This document shows, piece by piece, positions 25,714 to 34,338 of a DNA stretch of 64,000 nucleotides (the stretch's first letter is position 1; every line of letters begins with the position of its first letter). Under the pieces are notes generated by a model, which saw only the letters and a list, made by a program, of their open reading frames with translations, was not told where the DNA came from and made no database searches. Source of the DNA: an uncultured Rickettsiales bacterium (GTDB taxonomy: Bacteria; Pseudomonadota; Alphaproteobacteria; Rs-D84); NCBI GenBank assembly GCA_900550495.1, contig URSJ01000004.1, positions 7,908 to 71,907 of the forward strand. The letters are read 5' to 3'. The translations under genes and the position numbers were made by a program.

Positions 25714-25767
25714 AACGCGGAACGAATAATAAGATACGAAAAGAAAAAAAGCAAGGAAAAAGAAAAA

Positions 25768-27291
25768 ATGTTTACGATAAAGGGTAAAACAACAGATTGG
25801 GAACTGGTTATCGGACTGGAAACACACATCGAAGTGTTATCTGAGTCTAAGTTATTCAGTGGTGCATCGGCAAACTATAATCCTACAATTGCCCCCAACA
25901 CCCAGGTTTCAATGGTTGACGTTGCAATGCCAGGTATGTTACCGGTGTTGAACGAATATTGTGTTGAACAGGCAATCAAAATGGGATTAGGCTTGAACGC
26001 CGAAATTTCCCGTCACAGTAAATTTGCTCGTAAACAGTATTTTTATCCTGACCTGCCCCAGGGATACCAGATTTCACAACCGGCCGAAGAACCACCAGTT
26101 GTTGGTCGTGGTTGGGTTGAAATTATGGGTGACGATGGAAATCCGAAAAAGATTTTCATTGAACGTGCGCACCTGGAACAGGACGCTGGCAAATTAAAAC
26201 ACGATGTTCACCCGACAAAATCGTTCGCTGATTATAACCGCACAGGCGTTGCACTGTTGGAAATCGTGACATTTTTGGATACAAAAAATCCGAAAAACAA
26301 TTCATATATTTCGTCCCCAGACGAGGCTGAACGCTACCTGCGTGAAATTCGTGAAATTGCTCGCGCACTGGGCGTATCCAAGGCAAACATGGAAGAAGGC
26401 TCTATGCGTGCCGACGTAAATGTTTCTGTGCGACCTGTTGGGGCCACCGAATTCCGCACCCGCACCGAAACAAAAAATATGGTGTCATTTAAATTCATTA
26501 AATCCGCCATTGAATACGAGGCACGTCGTCAAATTGAAATCTATGAAAATGGTGGTGCTGTATCCCAGGATACAATGCGTTATAACCAAGGTGACGGCAC
26601 AACATCCGTTATGCGTAGCAAGGAAGACGCATTGGACTATCGCTATTTCCCAGACCCAGATTTGCTGCCCCTTGATATCACCGATGAACAAATTGAACGT
26701 GTTCGCAAAACAATGCCAGAATTGCCGGCGGCAACACGCGCACGCTATATCAACAAATATGGTCTGGCCGAATATGACGCAGCACGTCTGACCGAAACAA
26801 CCGATATTTCCAAATGGTTTGATACTGCAGTAAATGGCAACATTGCGCGTGCAAAACCGATTGCAAACTGGATGATTTCTGAATTGTTTGCACATGCTGA
26901 AAATTGGGACGTAAAAAATGCTGTGGATACAGCAGAGCCCGGTCTACCGCGAATTATTCGTCCATCAGATTTGGCCGAATTGGTCGACATGATTGGTGCC
27001 AATGAAATCAATGGAAAACAGGCCAAGGATATCTTTATCAAAATGCTGGACGGCGAAAATGGCACGCCACGCGAAATCGCCGATAAATTTGGCATGAAAC
27101 AGATTACCGACACATCTGCCATAGAAGCGGTTATTGATAAAATCATCGCCACATCTGCACCTCAGGTTGCACAATACAAGGCTGGCAAAACAGGCTTGCT
27201 TGGGTTCTTTGTGGGCGGCGTAATGCGTGCCACCCAGGGCAAGGCAAATCCTGCCGTTGTAAATGAAATATTGTTGCGTAAATTATCATAA
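25768..27291 (+). CDS. gatB: Asp/Glu-tRNA amidotransferase subunit B
   Basis: GatB motifs (VIGLETHIEV, KQYFYPDLPQGYQISQ, EEGSMRADVNVS). Start set to ATG 25768, because the ORF-track N-terminus MLYQLSY is a translation of the antisense tRNA. Confidence 0.93.
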   Translation: MFTIKGKTTDWELVIGLETHIEVLSESKLFSGASANYNPTIAPNTQVSMVDVAMPGMLPVLNEYCVEQAIKMGLGLNAEISRHSKFARKQYFYPDLPQGYQISQPAEEPPVVGRGWVEIMGDDGNPKKIFIERAHLEQDAGKLKHDVHPTKSFADYNRTGVALLEIVTFLDTKNPKNNSYISSPDEAERYLREIREIARALGVSKANMEEGSMRADVNVSVRPVGATEFRTRTETKNMVSFKFIKSAIEYEARRQIEIYENGGAVSQDTMRYNQGDGTTSVMRSKEDALDYRYFPDPDLLPLDITDEQIERVRKTMPELPAATRARYINKYGLAEYDAARLTETTDISKWFDTAVNGNIARAKPIANWMISELFAHAENWDVKNAVDTAEPGLPRIIRPSDLAELVDMIGANEINGKQAKDIFIKMLDGENGTPREIADKFGMKQITDTSAIEAVIDKIIATSAPQVAQYKAGKTGLLGFFVGGVMRATQGKANPAVVNEILLRKLS

Positions 27292-27315
27292 TCAACCAAA
27301 CCAAAAGGACAAAAG

Positions 27316-27498
27316 ATGAAAATTGTAACCATTATTGAAAATGATGTAATTACCGGCGTTCGCTATGGCGTAGTTGAGATTCCAGATATTGAAATTTCTC
27401 CGCGCGACCGCGCAATGCAACACTATGCCCGCATCCAGAAATTACGCGCCGGTTATATTCAACGCGCGGTGACAAGACAACGTACTAAAAGCAAATAA
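27316..27498 (+). CDS. Small hypothetical protein (60 aa)
   Basis: ORF with an AAAGGA SD, lying between gatB and miaB. No recognised domain. Confidence 0.4.
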   Translation: MKIVTIIENDVITGVRYGVVEIPDIEISPRDRAMQHYARIQKLRAGYIQRAVTRQRTKSK

Positions 27499-27504
27499 TA
27501 AAAC

Positions 27505-28803
27505 ATGAAAAAATTTTTTATCCAAACATTTGGTTGCCAGATGAATGTATACGATGGTCAGCGAATTGCAACAATGTTGGCCCATCGTGGCTTGACACAA
27601 ACAGATAATGTTGCGGATGCAGACATTATTATATTAAACACGTGCTCGGTCCGGGAAAAGGCAACGAACAAAGTTTATTCTGCACTGGGGCGTATCCGCA
27701 AAGAAAAAAAGCCCACTGCTTTGTTCGGTATTGTCGGTTGCGTTGCACGTGAAAGTGGCGCAGATGCGTTTAAACGCATTCCTGATTTGAATTTTGTTCT
27801 GGGCCCACAAAGTTATCACAAACTGCCTGAAATTTTAACCGCGCCAGATATACGTTTATTAAATATTGACCTGGGCGGGCTAGAAAAATTTGACGAATTA
27901 CCCCAGATGACCATCTCGCCGTCTGTTGCATACATTCCAATTCAAGAGGGCTGTAATCATTGTTGCACATATTGCATTGTGCCGTATACACGTGGTCGTG
28001 AAATATCACGCCCGTTTGACGACATTGTGCGTGACACAATTCACGCAGCTGAAACTGGTGCGATTGAAATTTGTTTTCTGGGGCAAAACGTCAACGGCTA
28101 CAAATACACCGATAATGCTGGAAAAACATGGCGTTTATCCGATTTAATTCGTGCCGCTGCAAAACTGGATAATATAAAACGTATTCGTTTTACTTCTAAT
28201 TATCCAACAGAAATGACAGATGATTTGATTAAAATGTTTGGGACAGAACCAAAATTACTACCCTTTCTAAACATGCCTATACAAAGCGGCTCGCCTGATG
28301 TATTGACAAGAATGAATCGTCCATACTCGTTAAATCTATATATAGATATAGTTGACAAATTACGTTCCGCTCGTCCCGACATTCAAATATCCAGTGATTT
28401 TATCGTCGGCTTTCCTGGCGAAACCGATGACGACTTTGAACAAACAATGGAAATTGCTCGGCGCATAAAATACATAAATTCGTATTCGTTTAAATATTCA
28501 CCGCGTCCACACACCGCCGCCGCGGTTATGCGCGACCAGATTCCAGAACAGATAAAGGCCGCACGCCTGGCAAAACTGGACGGATACCTGAACGAAATAC
28601 AACGCGCTTTTAACGAGAGTTGTGTCGGTCAAACATTTGAATGCCTGTGCGAGGGTCGTGACAAAACAGGCAACCATTCAGTATATCGCACACCGTATAT
28701 GCAACAATGTATTGTTGACGCGTCTGAAAAAGCATCAGCAATTGCTAACATAAAAATTACTGCTGCGAACAAGGCATCATTGCGTGGCGAAATCGTAAAA
28801 TAA
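27505..28803 (+). CDS. miaB: tRNA-i6A37 methylthiotransferase MiaB
   Basis: N-terminal UPF0004 Cys motif (FGCQMN..NTCSVRE), radical SAM motif CNHCCTYC, and a TRAM-like C-terminus. Confidence 0.93.
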   Translation: MKKFFIQTFGCQMNVYDGQRIATMLAHRGLTQTDNVADADIIILNTCSVREKATNKVYSALGRIRKEKKPTALFGIVGCVARESGADAFKRIPDLNFVLGPQSYHKLPEILTAPDIRLLNIDLGGLEKFDELPQMTISPSVAYIPIQEGCNHCCTYCIVPYTRGREISRPFDDIVRDTIHAAETGAIEICFLGQNVNGYKYTDNAGKTWRLSDLIRAAAKLDNIKRIRFTSNYPTEMTDDLIKMFGTEPKLLPFLNMPIQSGSPDVLTRMNRPYSLNLYIDIVDKLRSARPDIQISSDFIVGFPGETDDDFEQTMEIARRIKYINSYSFKYSPRPHTAAAVMRDQIPEQIKAARLAKLDGYLNEIQRAFNESCVGQTFECLCEGRDKTGNHSVYRTPYMQQCIVDASEKASAIANIKITAANKASLRGEIVK

Positions 28804-28810
28804 ATAAACT

Positions 28811-30361
28811 TCAGAATATTGCGCGCCCACCAACGGACGCGCGATATGCAGTCCCGAATTCAGAATTTATAATTCCAACATTCATATCAACACCTGCATC
28901 ATCTGCCCGGGACCAAAACGCAATACGTATTGCAGCACTTGTATCACCACTCGCGCTGGCCCGCACCCGCAATCCATAATTATACGAAAAATCATCTGTT
29001 CCACCAGTTGTTGTAATATCCGTCCCCACATTTGCATCAAAATTATTTTCGGTTGTGGTCGCAATATCAGTGTGGGTGGCCGTCAGCCCTATGAACGGCG
29101 AGAACACAAAATCATCCATCGGATTCAGACGCACACCAAAATCTGTTGCACCATATGAATTTGTTCCACATGGTGCGCTGCCAACGTCATTGCCAACCAA
29201 AATAAAATCTATGTCAAATTTTGCTGTGCTGTGCCCCAATATGGCGCGACCGATAAATTCACCGTCATCATACATCGCATAACCATTGCCACTAAAAACA
29301 CGTCCCTCAAAATTGTTTATTTCATCAGAAGCACTGACATAGCCAACATACCCAGACGCCCCAGCCGAAACAGTATCCGTAATTTGCCCACTAATACCGA
29401 TTCGCAGACCTGTTATATAAAAATCATCATTATAAATAAAATCAGGCGAAAGCATAAAACCACCAACAGTGCCACTGGGGACGCCGGCAAACATTTCCAT
29501 AGCGTCCATTACACGCACCGGGCGCATTAAATTTATCGGTCGTAATCGCACAGAACGCGACATAATACCGTCCAGCGCAGACATACCACCTGCCCTGTCC
29601 AGGGCGCGTAAAAGTTTATCATCTGGGTGCACACTTCTCAGACTATTCAAAAATTCACCTGTTGGGTTTTGCAAAATTTTTACATAGTCTGTTTCACGCA
29701 ACATTTGCACATATAATTTATGATTAACAATTTCTGCACGCGTTATCATCAGCGCATTATCGGTTGTAGCATATACATTCAAGACACCATCGCCATCAAC
29801 ATTGTCCAACAACGGCACGTCACCAGTTACACCCTTTAACACCAAATCTACATTGCCTGACAATTTAATTTCTGGTGCATCAGTAATAATACTGTCCAAT
29901 ACTAATGATGTATTTTCCAAGACAATCTTGGCATCAGGACCAGCAATATCAACTATCTGATTTAACGACAAGCCATCAGGGCTTTTTACCAAAATCACAT
30001 AATTCATATCAGTGTCCAAATACGTGACATCCGATTCGGAAAATATCACCTGAGTTAAACGCGCGTGCGCCCCAGGCACAAAATGAACACCTGAAATATC
30101 ACCATCGTTTTGCAACAGCAATGTGCATCCGTCACAAATATTTATCCGCCCTGCCAAAACACCATCATTTTCAATCAACAATGTGCGCTTAACATTTATA
30201 TCGACAAAATCAACCCAACCATCATCATAAATTATTGCGTCATCATACAAGTTCAACGTATCGCCCCAACTCATTGATGTAAATTCGCGCATTTCGGCAT
30301 TTACGCCTGTAAACATATACACATAAAATAAAAATGAAAAAATAATGCGACAAAATTTCAT
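28811..30361 (-). CDS. Autotransporter-like outer membrane protein (516 aa)
   Basis: Signal peptide MKFCRIIFSFLFYVYMFTGVNA. The C-terminal ~250 aa have alternating beta-strand character and end in the aromatic residue ..GGRAIF. Confidence 0.55.
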   Translation of the reverse strand: MKFCRIIFSFLFYVYMFTGVNAEMREFTSMSWGDTLNLYDDAIIYDDGWVDFVDINVKRTLLIENDGVLAGRINICDGCTLLLQNDGDISGVHFVPGAHARLTQVIFSESDVTYLDTDMNYVILVKSPDGLSLNQIVDIAGPDAKIVLENTSLVLDSIITDAPEIKLSGNVDLVLKGVTGDVPLLDNVDGDGVLNVYATTDNALMITRAEIVNHKLYVQMLRETDYVKILQNPTGEFLNSLRSVHPDDKLLRALDRAGGMSALDGIMSRSVRLRPINLMRPVRVMDAMEMFAGVPSGTVGGFMLSPDFIYNDDFYITGLRIGISGQITDTVSAGASGYVGYVSASDEINNFEGRVFSGNGYAMYDDGEFIGRAILGHSTAKFDIDFILVGNDVGSAPCGTNSYGATDFGVRLNPMDDFVFSPFIGLTATHTDIATTTENNFDANVGTDITTTGGTDDFSYNYGLRVRASASGDTSAAIRIAFWSRADDAGVDMNVGIINSEFGTAYRASVGGRAIF

Positions 30362-30367
30362 ACATGC

Positions 30368-30376
30368 AATTTAGCA
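30368..30376 (-). promoter_or_regulatory. Extended -10 element TGCTAAATT, 6 nt upstream of ATG 30361 (leaderless candidate)
   Basis: Gene-orientation sequence TGCTAAATTGCATGTATG with no SD. Confidence 0.3.
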
Positions 30377-30398
30377 TATATGAAATTTTTCATAAAGG

Positions 30399-30430
30399 AA
30401 AAACATCCCATAGGTCGTCCTACGGGATGT
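30399..30430 (-). terminator. Terminator after the lipoprotein gene
   Basis: Minus-strand hairpin ACATCCC..GGGATGT followed by TTTTT. Confidence 0.55.
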
Positions 30431-30459
30431 CTTGGTTTTGCATTGTTGTTTTTGTAATT

Positions 30460-31005
30460 TTACATCATGGCCGATTTATTAATTGTGCCCCAGGCAGCCT
30501 TGTATCCACCATCACGTGTTAAATACAATTTCGCATTGTTCAACTGTTGCGCAGTCAGGCCACGGATAACAAACGATTCTTGCAATCTGCCTGCTTTTTC
30601 GATACGCAATGTTGGCAATGTGATTGGCATTGCATTGTTTGCACAGCACATACCGCCGTCGCATGCATTACATTGATGAATACGCATTGTGTATGTAACA
30701 CCTGGGCGCAAATCTTGCAAATCAATATCCATCTTTAAGCCGGCATCAGATTCTGCAAACTTTATATACCCCATTTTGGATTCACCGCCACGACTGCTGC
30801 GCGTAAACATTTTTGCTGACACATGGTTAATTGCAGCATCTTCGTATGTCTGGTAGTACATAACTGTTTCTGCCGGCTGGGCCTTTTTAGCCTGGGCATG
30901 ATATGGCTTTTTATGACCGCCACACATTGTCGTGCAGCCAGACAACAATACTGCCATCGTAAACACAGATGACAAAACCAACAATTTTTTGATTATGTTT
31001 TTCAT
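30460..31005 (-). CDS. Lipoprotein (181 aa), function unknown
   Basis: Lipobox LLSGC after MKNIIKKLLVLSSVFTMAV, with an AAAGGAGAC SD. The layout loosely recalls the Cu,Zn-SOD beta-sandwich, but the His ligands are absent. Confidence 0.65.
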   Translation of the reverse strand: MKNIIKKLLVLSSVFTMAVLLSGCTTMCGGHKKPYHAQAKKAQPAETVMYYQTYEDAAINHVSAKMFTRSSRGGESKMGYIKFAESDAGLKMDIDLQDLRPGVTYTMRIHQCNACDGGMCCANNAMPITLPTLRIEKAGRLQESFVIRGLTAQQLNNAKLYLTRDGGYKAAWGTINKSAMM

Positions 31006-31102
31006 AAAGGTCTCCTTTTTTGTTCCTTGTGGTTACGAAATGTATGATATATTATTTTTATCTATATTTCGCCAGGTTTGAATCCCTAGGAATCATCAGA
31101 AA

Positions 31103-31397
31103 CTATGCACATAGCACGTTTTTATCGTGACATACAGCGAACACGAAAATACGTCGAAACATAAACGGCATCATAAACGGGATATATTTTTCAATATGCC
31201 AATGCGCCGCAATATGCTTTATCAATGGCGCAACTATAAAAAAGTTTATTGCAAACGCCACCACTGCAATCGGTAAAAAAGACACCAGAAATATTGTCAA
31301 CCCCAGGGAATCATGTAAACGATAACATTACGCAAACCATAACCAATGTATTTATAATACTAAAGACACCCGATTCTATTGCGATACGAATTTTCAT
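31103..31397 (-). pseudogene. Possible frameshifted small membrane protein (DUF2798-like by eye)
   Basis: ATG 31397 behind an AAGGGGA SD gives MKIRIAIESGVFSIINTLVMVCVMLSFT then a stop. The +1 frame continues ..GLTIFLVSFLPIAVVAFAINFFIVAPLIKHIAAHW to 31103. Confidence 0.3.
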
Positions 31398-31420
31398 TTT
31401 TTCCCCTTTTTATTTCTGCA

Positions 31421-31463
31421 CAAAAACAGTGCCCTCAACTGGACTTATGTGTTGATGGCACTG
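31421..31463 (-). terminator. Rho-independent terminator after the oleate hydratase gene
   Basis: 13-bp stem CAGTGCCATCAAC..GTTGAGGGCACTG (one mismatch) followed by TTTTT on the minus strand. Confidence 0.7.
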
Positions 31464-31532
31464 CGCGTTGTAAAACAATTCTCTAAAAACGACGTGGGTT
31501 CTAATAAAAAATTTTTATCAGTCAAGTCATCT

Positions 31533-33158
31533 TTAACTATGCAATTTAAAGAACGACTTTAACAATATACGCGGTGAATATTGATATTTGTTGATTGGCG
31601 TCAAATCTTTGTCAACCCCCATCAGATAATACACCGCACGTTGTGCTGCACGTACCGAATACTCCATCGTAAATACGACATCGTCTGGCTGTTCAGCAAA
31701 CTGGCTGATGAATCCCAAGTTTTCATATCCCTGGGGATTTACATCTGGCCGGTCACCTGGACGACGCGGTTGAAACTGGGACGTGATATACGGCATTATA
31801 CAGGTGCGACAAATAACACCTCGCAGCATAGCAGCCTGTTGCTTTTTCGGTACATGCAGATGCCCAAACAATTCCGTCATAATTTCACGTCCGGTGCATT
31901 TATACATCGGCTTTTTTACATAATCACCATCGGCGAACATATTCAATGAATATCCCCAGAATATATTTGTATCAGCAGGCTGATTCTTGAAATGTGGTTG
32001 GCGTGCGACGACAATAGACAAACGCCATGCCGATTCGCGAAACGTCACCAACGCGCCACCACCCGGGTGGTTGGTTGTGAAACGTTGAATATATGCCAAG
32101 ACATCTGGATTATTATTGATTGTCGTGGTGAACGACATCCACATACTCTCGTCCACGCGCCCACAGAAAACATCCGGGTCGCCCAGTTCGGGTCGGCCAT
32201 GTGCCATACGCCGCCACAAGTCAAATGATGGCGCATTATTTTCGCGATTGTATTTTGCAACGCTGTCTGTGGTTGCTTCGGTTGAATTGTCAGTCATACA
32301 ACCATTTGTTACCAAGACAATATCCGTTGGCGCGACACGCACATTGCGGGAACGCGCACCAACACGACACGCGATACTTTTTGCAATATTACGTCCCACT
32401 TTGTCTGTTTCAAAAACAATGTCAGTCACATGTGCGTTTAGCACAATTTCTACATCATGGGCACGCAGCCAATCTGATATTGGACGAACAATTGAATCAT
32501 ATTGATTATACGCCGTGCGCGCAACACCCGCCAGTGTATGAATACGCGGAAATTCATGCATAAAGCGCAACATATATCGGCGCAGTTCTGCCGCACTGGA
32601 CCACGGCTGAAATGCGAACGTCGTTTGCCACATCAGCCAAAAATTTGTTTTGAAAAAATGTTTCCCGAATACCTGGTCTATGCGTTTTGCCCCCAGTGTA
32701 TTTTCAGTCTCTATTAAAATCAGCCGTTCCATTTCCAGACGATCTCGTTGAGAAAAACCCATTTTTTCAACATCAACCTTGGTTCCGTCTGCATTGACCA
32801 GACGCGCACGCGAATGCGTTTTAAACTCTTCATTAAAATTTAAAAACTCGCTTTCCATTTCCATATCTGGAAATTCCATCGATGGAATTGTCGCCATGAC
32901 ATCTTGCAGACATTCATATGTCGGGATATTTAGCATACGGCCTCCACGAATCATAAAACCGTGTTTGGCATCACCACTGCCATCTAAACTGCCACCGGCA
33001 ATCGACAATGTTTCAAATATATGAATATTTTTACCCGGCACCCCAGCATCACGTATCAGATATACCGCTGCGGTCAATGCGCCGATACCCCCACCAACAA
33101 TATACGCATGCGTTTTGGTTGGATTACGCTTTATTGAACTTTTTCCTGCCGTAGCCAT
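31533..33158 (-). CDS. ohyA: Oleate hydratase (MCRA / 67-kDa myosin-cross-reactive antigen family)
   Basis: FAD motif AYIVGGGIGALTAAVYL, plus GGRML, FAFQPWSSAAELRRYMLRFMHEF and TAYNQYDSIVRP. Start set to ATG 33158 behind an AAGGGAG SD. Confidence 0.87.
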   Translation of the reverse strand: MATAGKSSIKRNPTKTHAYIVGGGIGALTAAVYLIRDAGVPGKNIHIFETLSIAGGSLDGSGDAKHGFMIRGGRMLNIPTYECLQDVMATIPSMEFPDMEMESEFLNFNEEFKTHSRARLVNADGTKVDVEKMGFSQRDRLEMERLILIETENTLGAKRIDQVFGKHFFKTNFWLMWQTTFAFQPWSSAAELRRYMLRFMHEFPRIHTLAGVARTAYNQYDSIVRPISDWLRAHDVEIVLNAHVTDIVFETDKVGRNIAKSIACRVGARSRNVRVAPTDIVLVTNGCMTDNSTEATTDSVAKYNRENNAPSFDLWRRMAHGRPELGDPDVFCGRVDESMWMSFTTTINNNPDVLAYIQRFTTNHPGGGALVTFRESAWRLSIVVARQPHFKNQPADTNIFWGYSLNMFADGDYVKKPMYKCTGREIMTELFGHLHVPKKQQAAMLRGVICRTCIMPYITSQFQPRRPGDRPDVNPQGYENLGFISQFAEQPDDVVFTMEYSVRAAQRAVYYLMGVDKDLTPINKYQYSPRILLKSFFKLHS

Positions 33159-33263
33159 AACAAAAACTCCCTTGATTAAATTATATAAAAAGCATACCAA
33201 TTTGCGCCAACCAATCCCATAGGATACAAAACATAAAAATGCTAGATTTCATGCACATAGCAC

Positions 33264-33290
33264 AAAAAATCGCCCATAAAAATGGACGAT
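33264..33290 (-). terminator. Terminator after the OMP gene at 33318-33926
   Basis: Minus-strand hairpin ATCGTCCAT-TTTT-ATGGGCGAT followed by TTTTTT. Confidence 0.65.
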
Positions 33291-33317
33291 TTTGCATTAC
33301 GATATACAAGACAAATT

Positions 33318-33926
33318 TTAGAACATAAATCTGATGCCGATATCGCCACCAAAGTTATGCAATCCAGAATTGACATCTGCGTATGTATAACGTGCTGCGA
33401 CATCAACCGCAAAATATTCCATGTCGAACGAAACGCCTAACGATCCCATGGCGGCAACGCTGCCACGGCTCTTGGTATGTTCGTGAACATCTGGAATCTT
33501 ACGTTTCACGTCCGAGAACGCAGCCCCGACACCCAGCCCCATAAATGGACGAACGACTTGATATCCACCGAATTCCCAATAGGTGTTCATCAACAATGTT
33601 TGCAGTTTAGTTTCTATTTCAACTTTTTTATCTGTGCGGAAGGAATCGTGATCCTTTAATTTGCTGAACATAGACCATTCAATTTCAGTCCGTGCGGTGT
33701 CACAGATTTCTAAACCCAGTGCTGCACGACCCTGCCATACCATGTCAGTCATGGATTGCTTGTCGCCATTAAAGCTGTAATTCTGATTTGTATAACCCAA
33801 ACCACCACGCAGGCCGATATACGGATTCAAACCGAACAACTGCCAATCGCTGGTGCGGGACTGGGTGCCTGCAAACGCTGGACACGCCATCAGCACAGCC
33901 AGTGTTGATACAACTATTTTTTTCAT
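33318..33926 (-). CDS. Small beta-barrel outer membrane protein (OmpA-N/Opa-like, 202 aa)
   Basis: Signal peptide MKKIVVSTLAVLMACPAFA. Alternating amphipathic strands and a C-terminal ..IGIRFMF. Confidence 0.7.
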   Translation of the reverse strand: MKKIVVSTLAVLMACPAFAGTQSRTSDWQLFGLNPYIGLRGGLGYTNQNYSFNGDKQSMTDMVWQGRAALGLEICDTARTEIEWSMFSKLKDHDSFRTDKKVEIETKLQTLLMNTYWEFGGYQVVRPFMGLGVGAAFSDVKRKIPDVHEHTKSRGSVAAMGSLGVSFDMEYFAVDVAARYTYADVNSGLHNFGGDIGIRFMF

Positions 33927-34035
33927 GTTTTCTCCTTTTTTATATTTATGGTTGTTTAAAACAGTTTCATGTCATGTCAACACTGTAATTCTATCAAAGC
34001 AAAATCAATCTTTGCATAGGTATGGATTCCAAATT

Positions 34036-34061
34036 AAAAATCCGCCATACGGCGGATTTTC
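34036..34061. terminator. Bidirectional terminator-like hairpin (A5-ATCCGCC-ATAC-GGCGGAT-TTT)
   Basis: 7-bp GC-rich stem flanked by A and T runs, lying within an intergenic region. Confidence 0.55.
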
Positions 34062-34084
34062 TCGATTTTTCTTATATATTAATT

Positions 34085-34201
34085 TTTGCCAACGCAAACC
34101 GGCATACTTCCGTCTGCCTTTTTGCGGTGGTTTGAACCCTTTCCCCAGGGTTCTCGTCCCGCGCGACACAAATAAAAAACGCCGACAAGCGGCGTTTTTT
34201 T
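34085..34201 (+). ncRNA. Candidate small RNA (strand uncertain)
   Basis: About 115 nt between two terminators. Stem-loops at 34094-34125 (GCAAA..GGCA/TGCC..TTTGC) and 34134-34153 (GAACCCT-TTCCCC-AGGGTTC), then a terminator hairpin with a T7 run. A possible -10 TATATT sits at 34075-34080. Confidence 0.25.
34174..34201. terminator. Bidirectional terminator downstream of tRNA-Lys
   Basis: A6, hairpin ACGCCG-ACAAG-CGGCGT, then T7. Confidence 0.75.
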
Positions 34202-34207
34202 ATCTTG

Positions 34208-34283
34208 TGGTGGACGCGCAGGGACTCGAACCCTGGACCCACTGATTAAGAGTCAGTTGCTCTACCAACTGAGCTACGCATCC
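34208..34283 (-). tRNA. tRNA-Lys (CUU), CCA encoded
   Basis: Manual cloverleaf fold: acceptor GGATGCG/CGCGTCC, anticodon arm ACTGA-CTCTTAA-TCAGT, T arm CAGGG-TTCGAGT-CCCTG. Confidence 0.9.
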
Positions 34284-34338
34284 AGAACTATAAACTGTGG
34301 CAATTATATATCTTTTTACCGGTTTTGCAAGTATTTAT

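Noticed and set aside
25687-25767. N-terminal extension MLYQLSY.. of gatB, and the ORF 34257-34535 that also begins MLYQLSYA.
   Set aside because: Both are translations of the antisense strand of tRNA D-arm sequence (TTGCTCTACCAACTGAGCTAC). The real gatB start is ATG 25768, and 34257-34535 is spurious.
30460-31005. Calling the 181-aa lipoprotein a Cu,Zn superoxide dismutase (SodC).
   Set aside because: Only the overall size and a G.I.F.E...G..(I/V)...L..L.PG pattern resemble SodC. The metal-binding histidines are not present, so it is left as a lipoprotein of unknown function.
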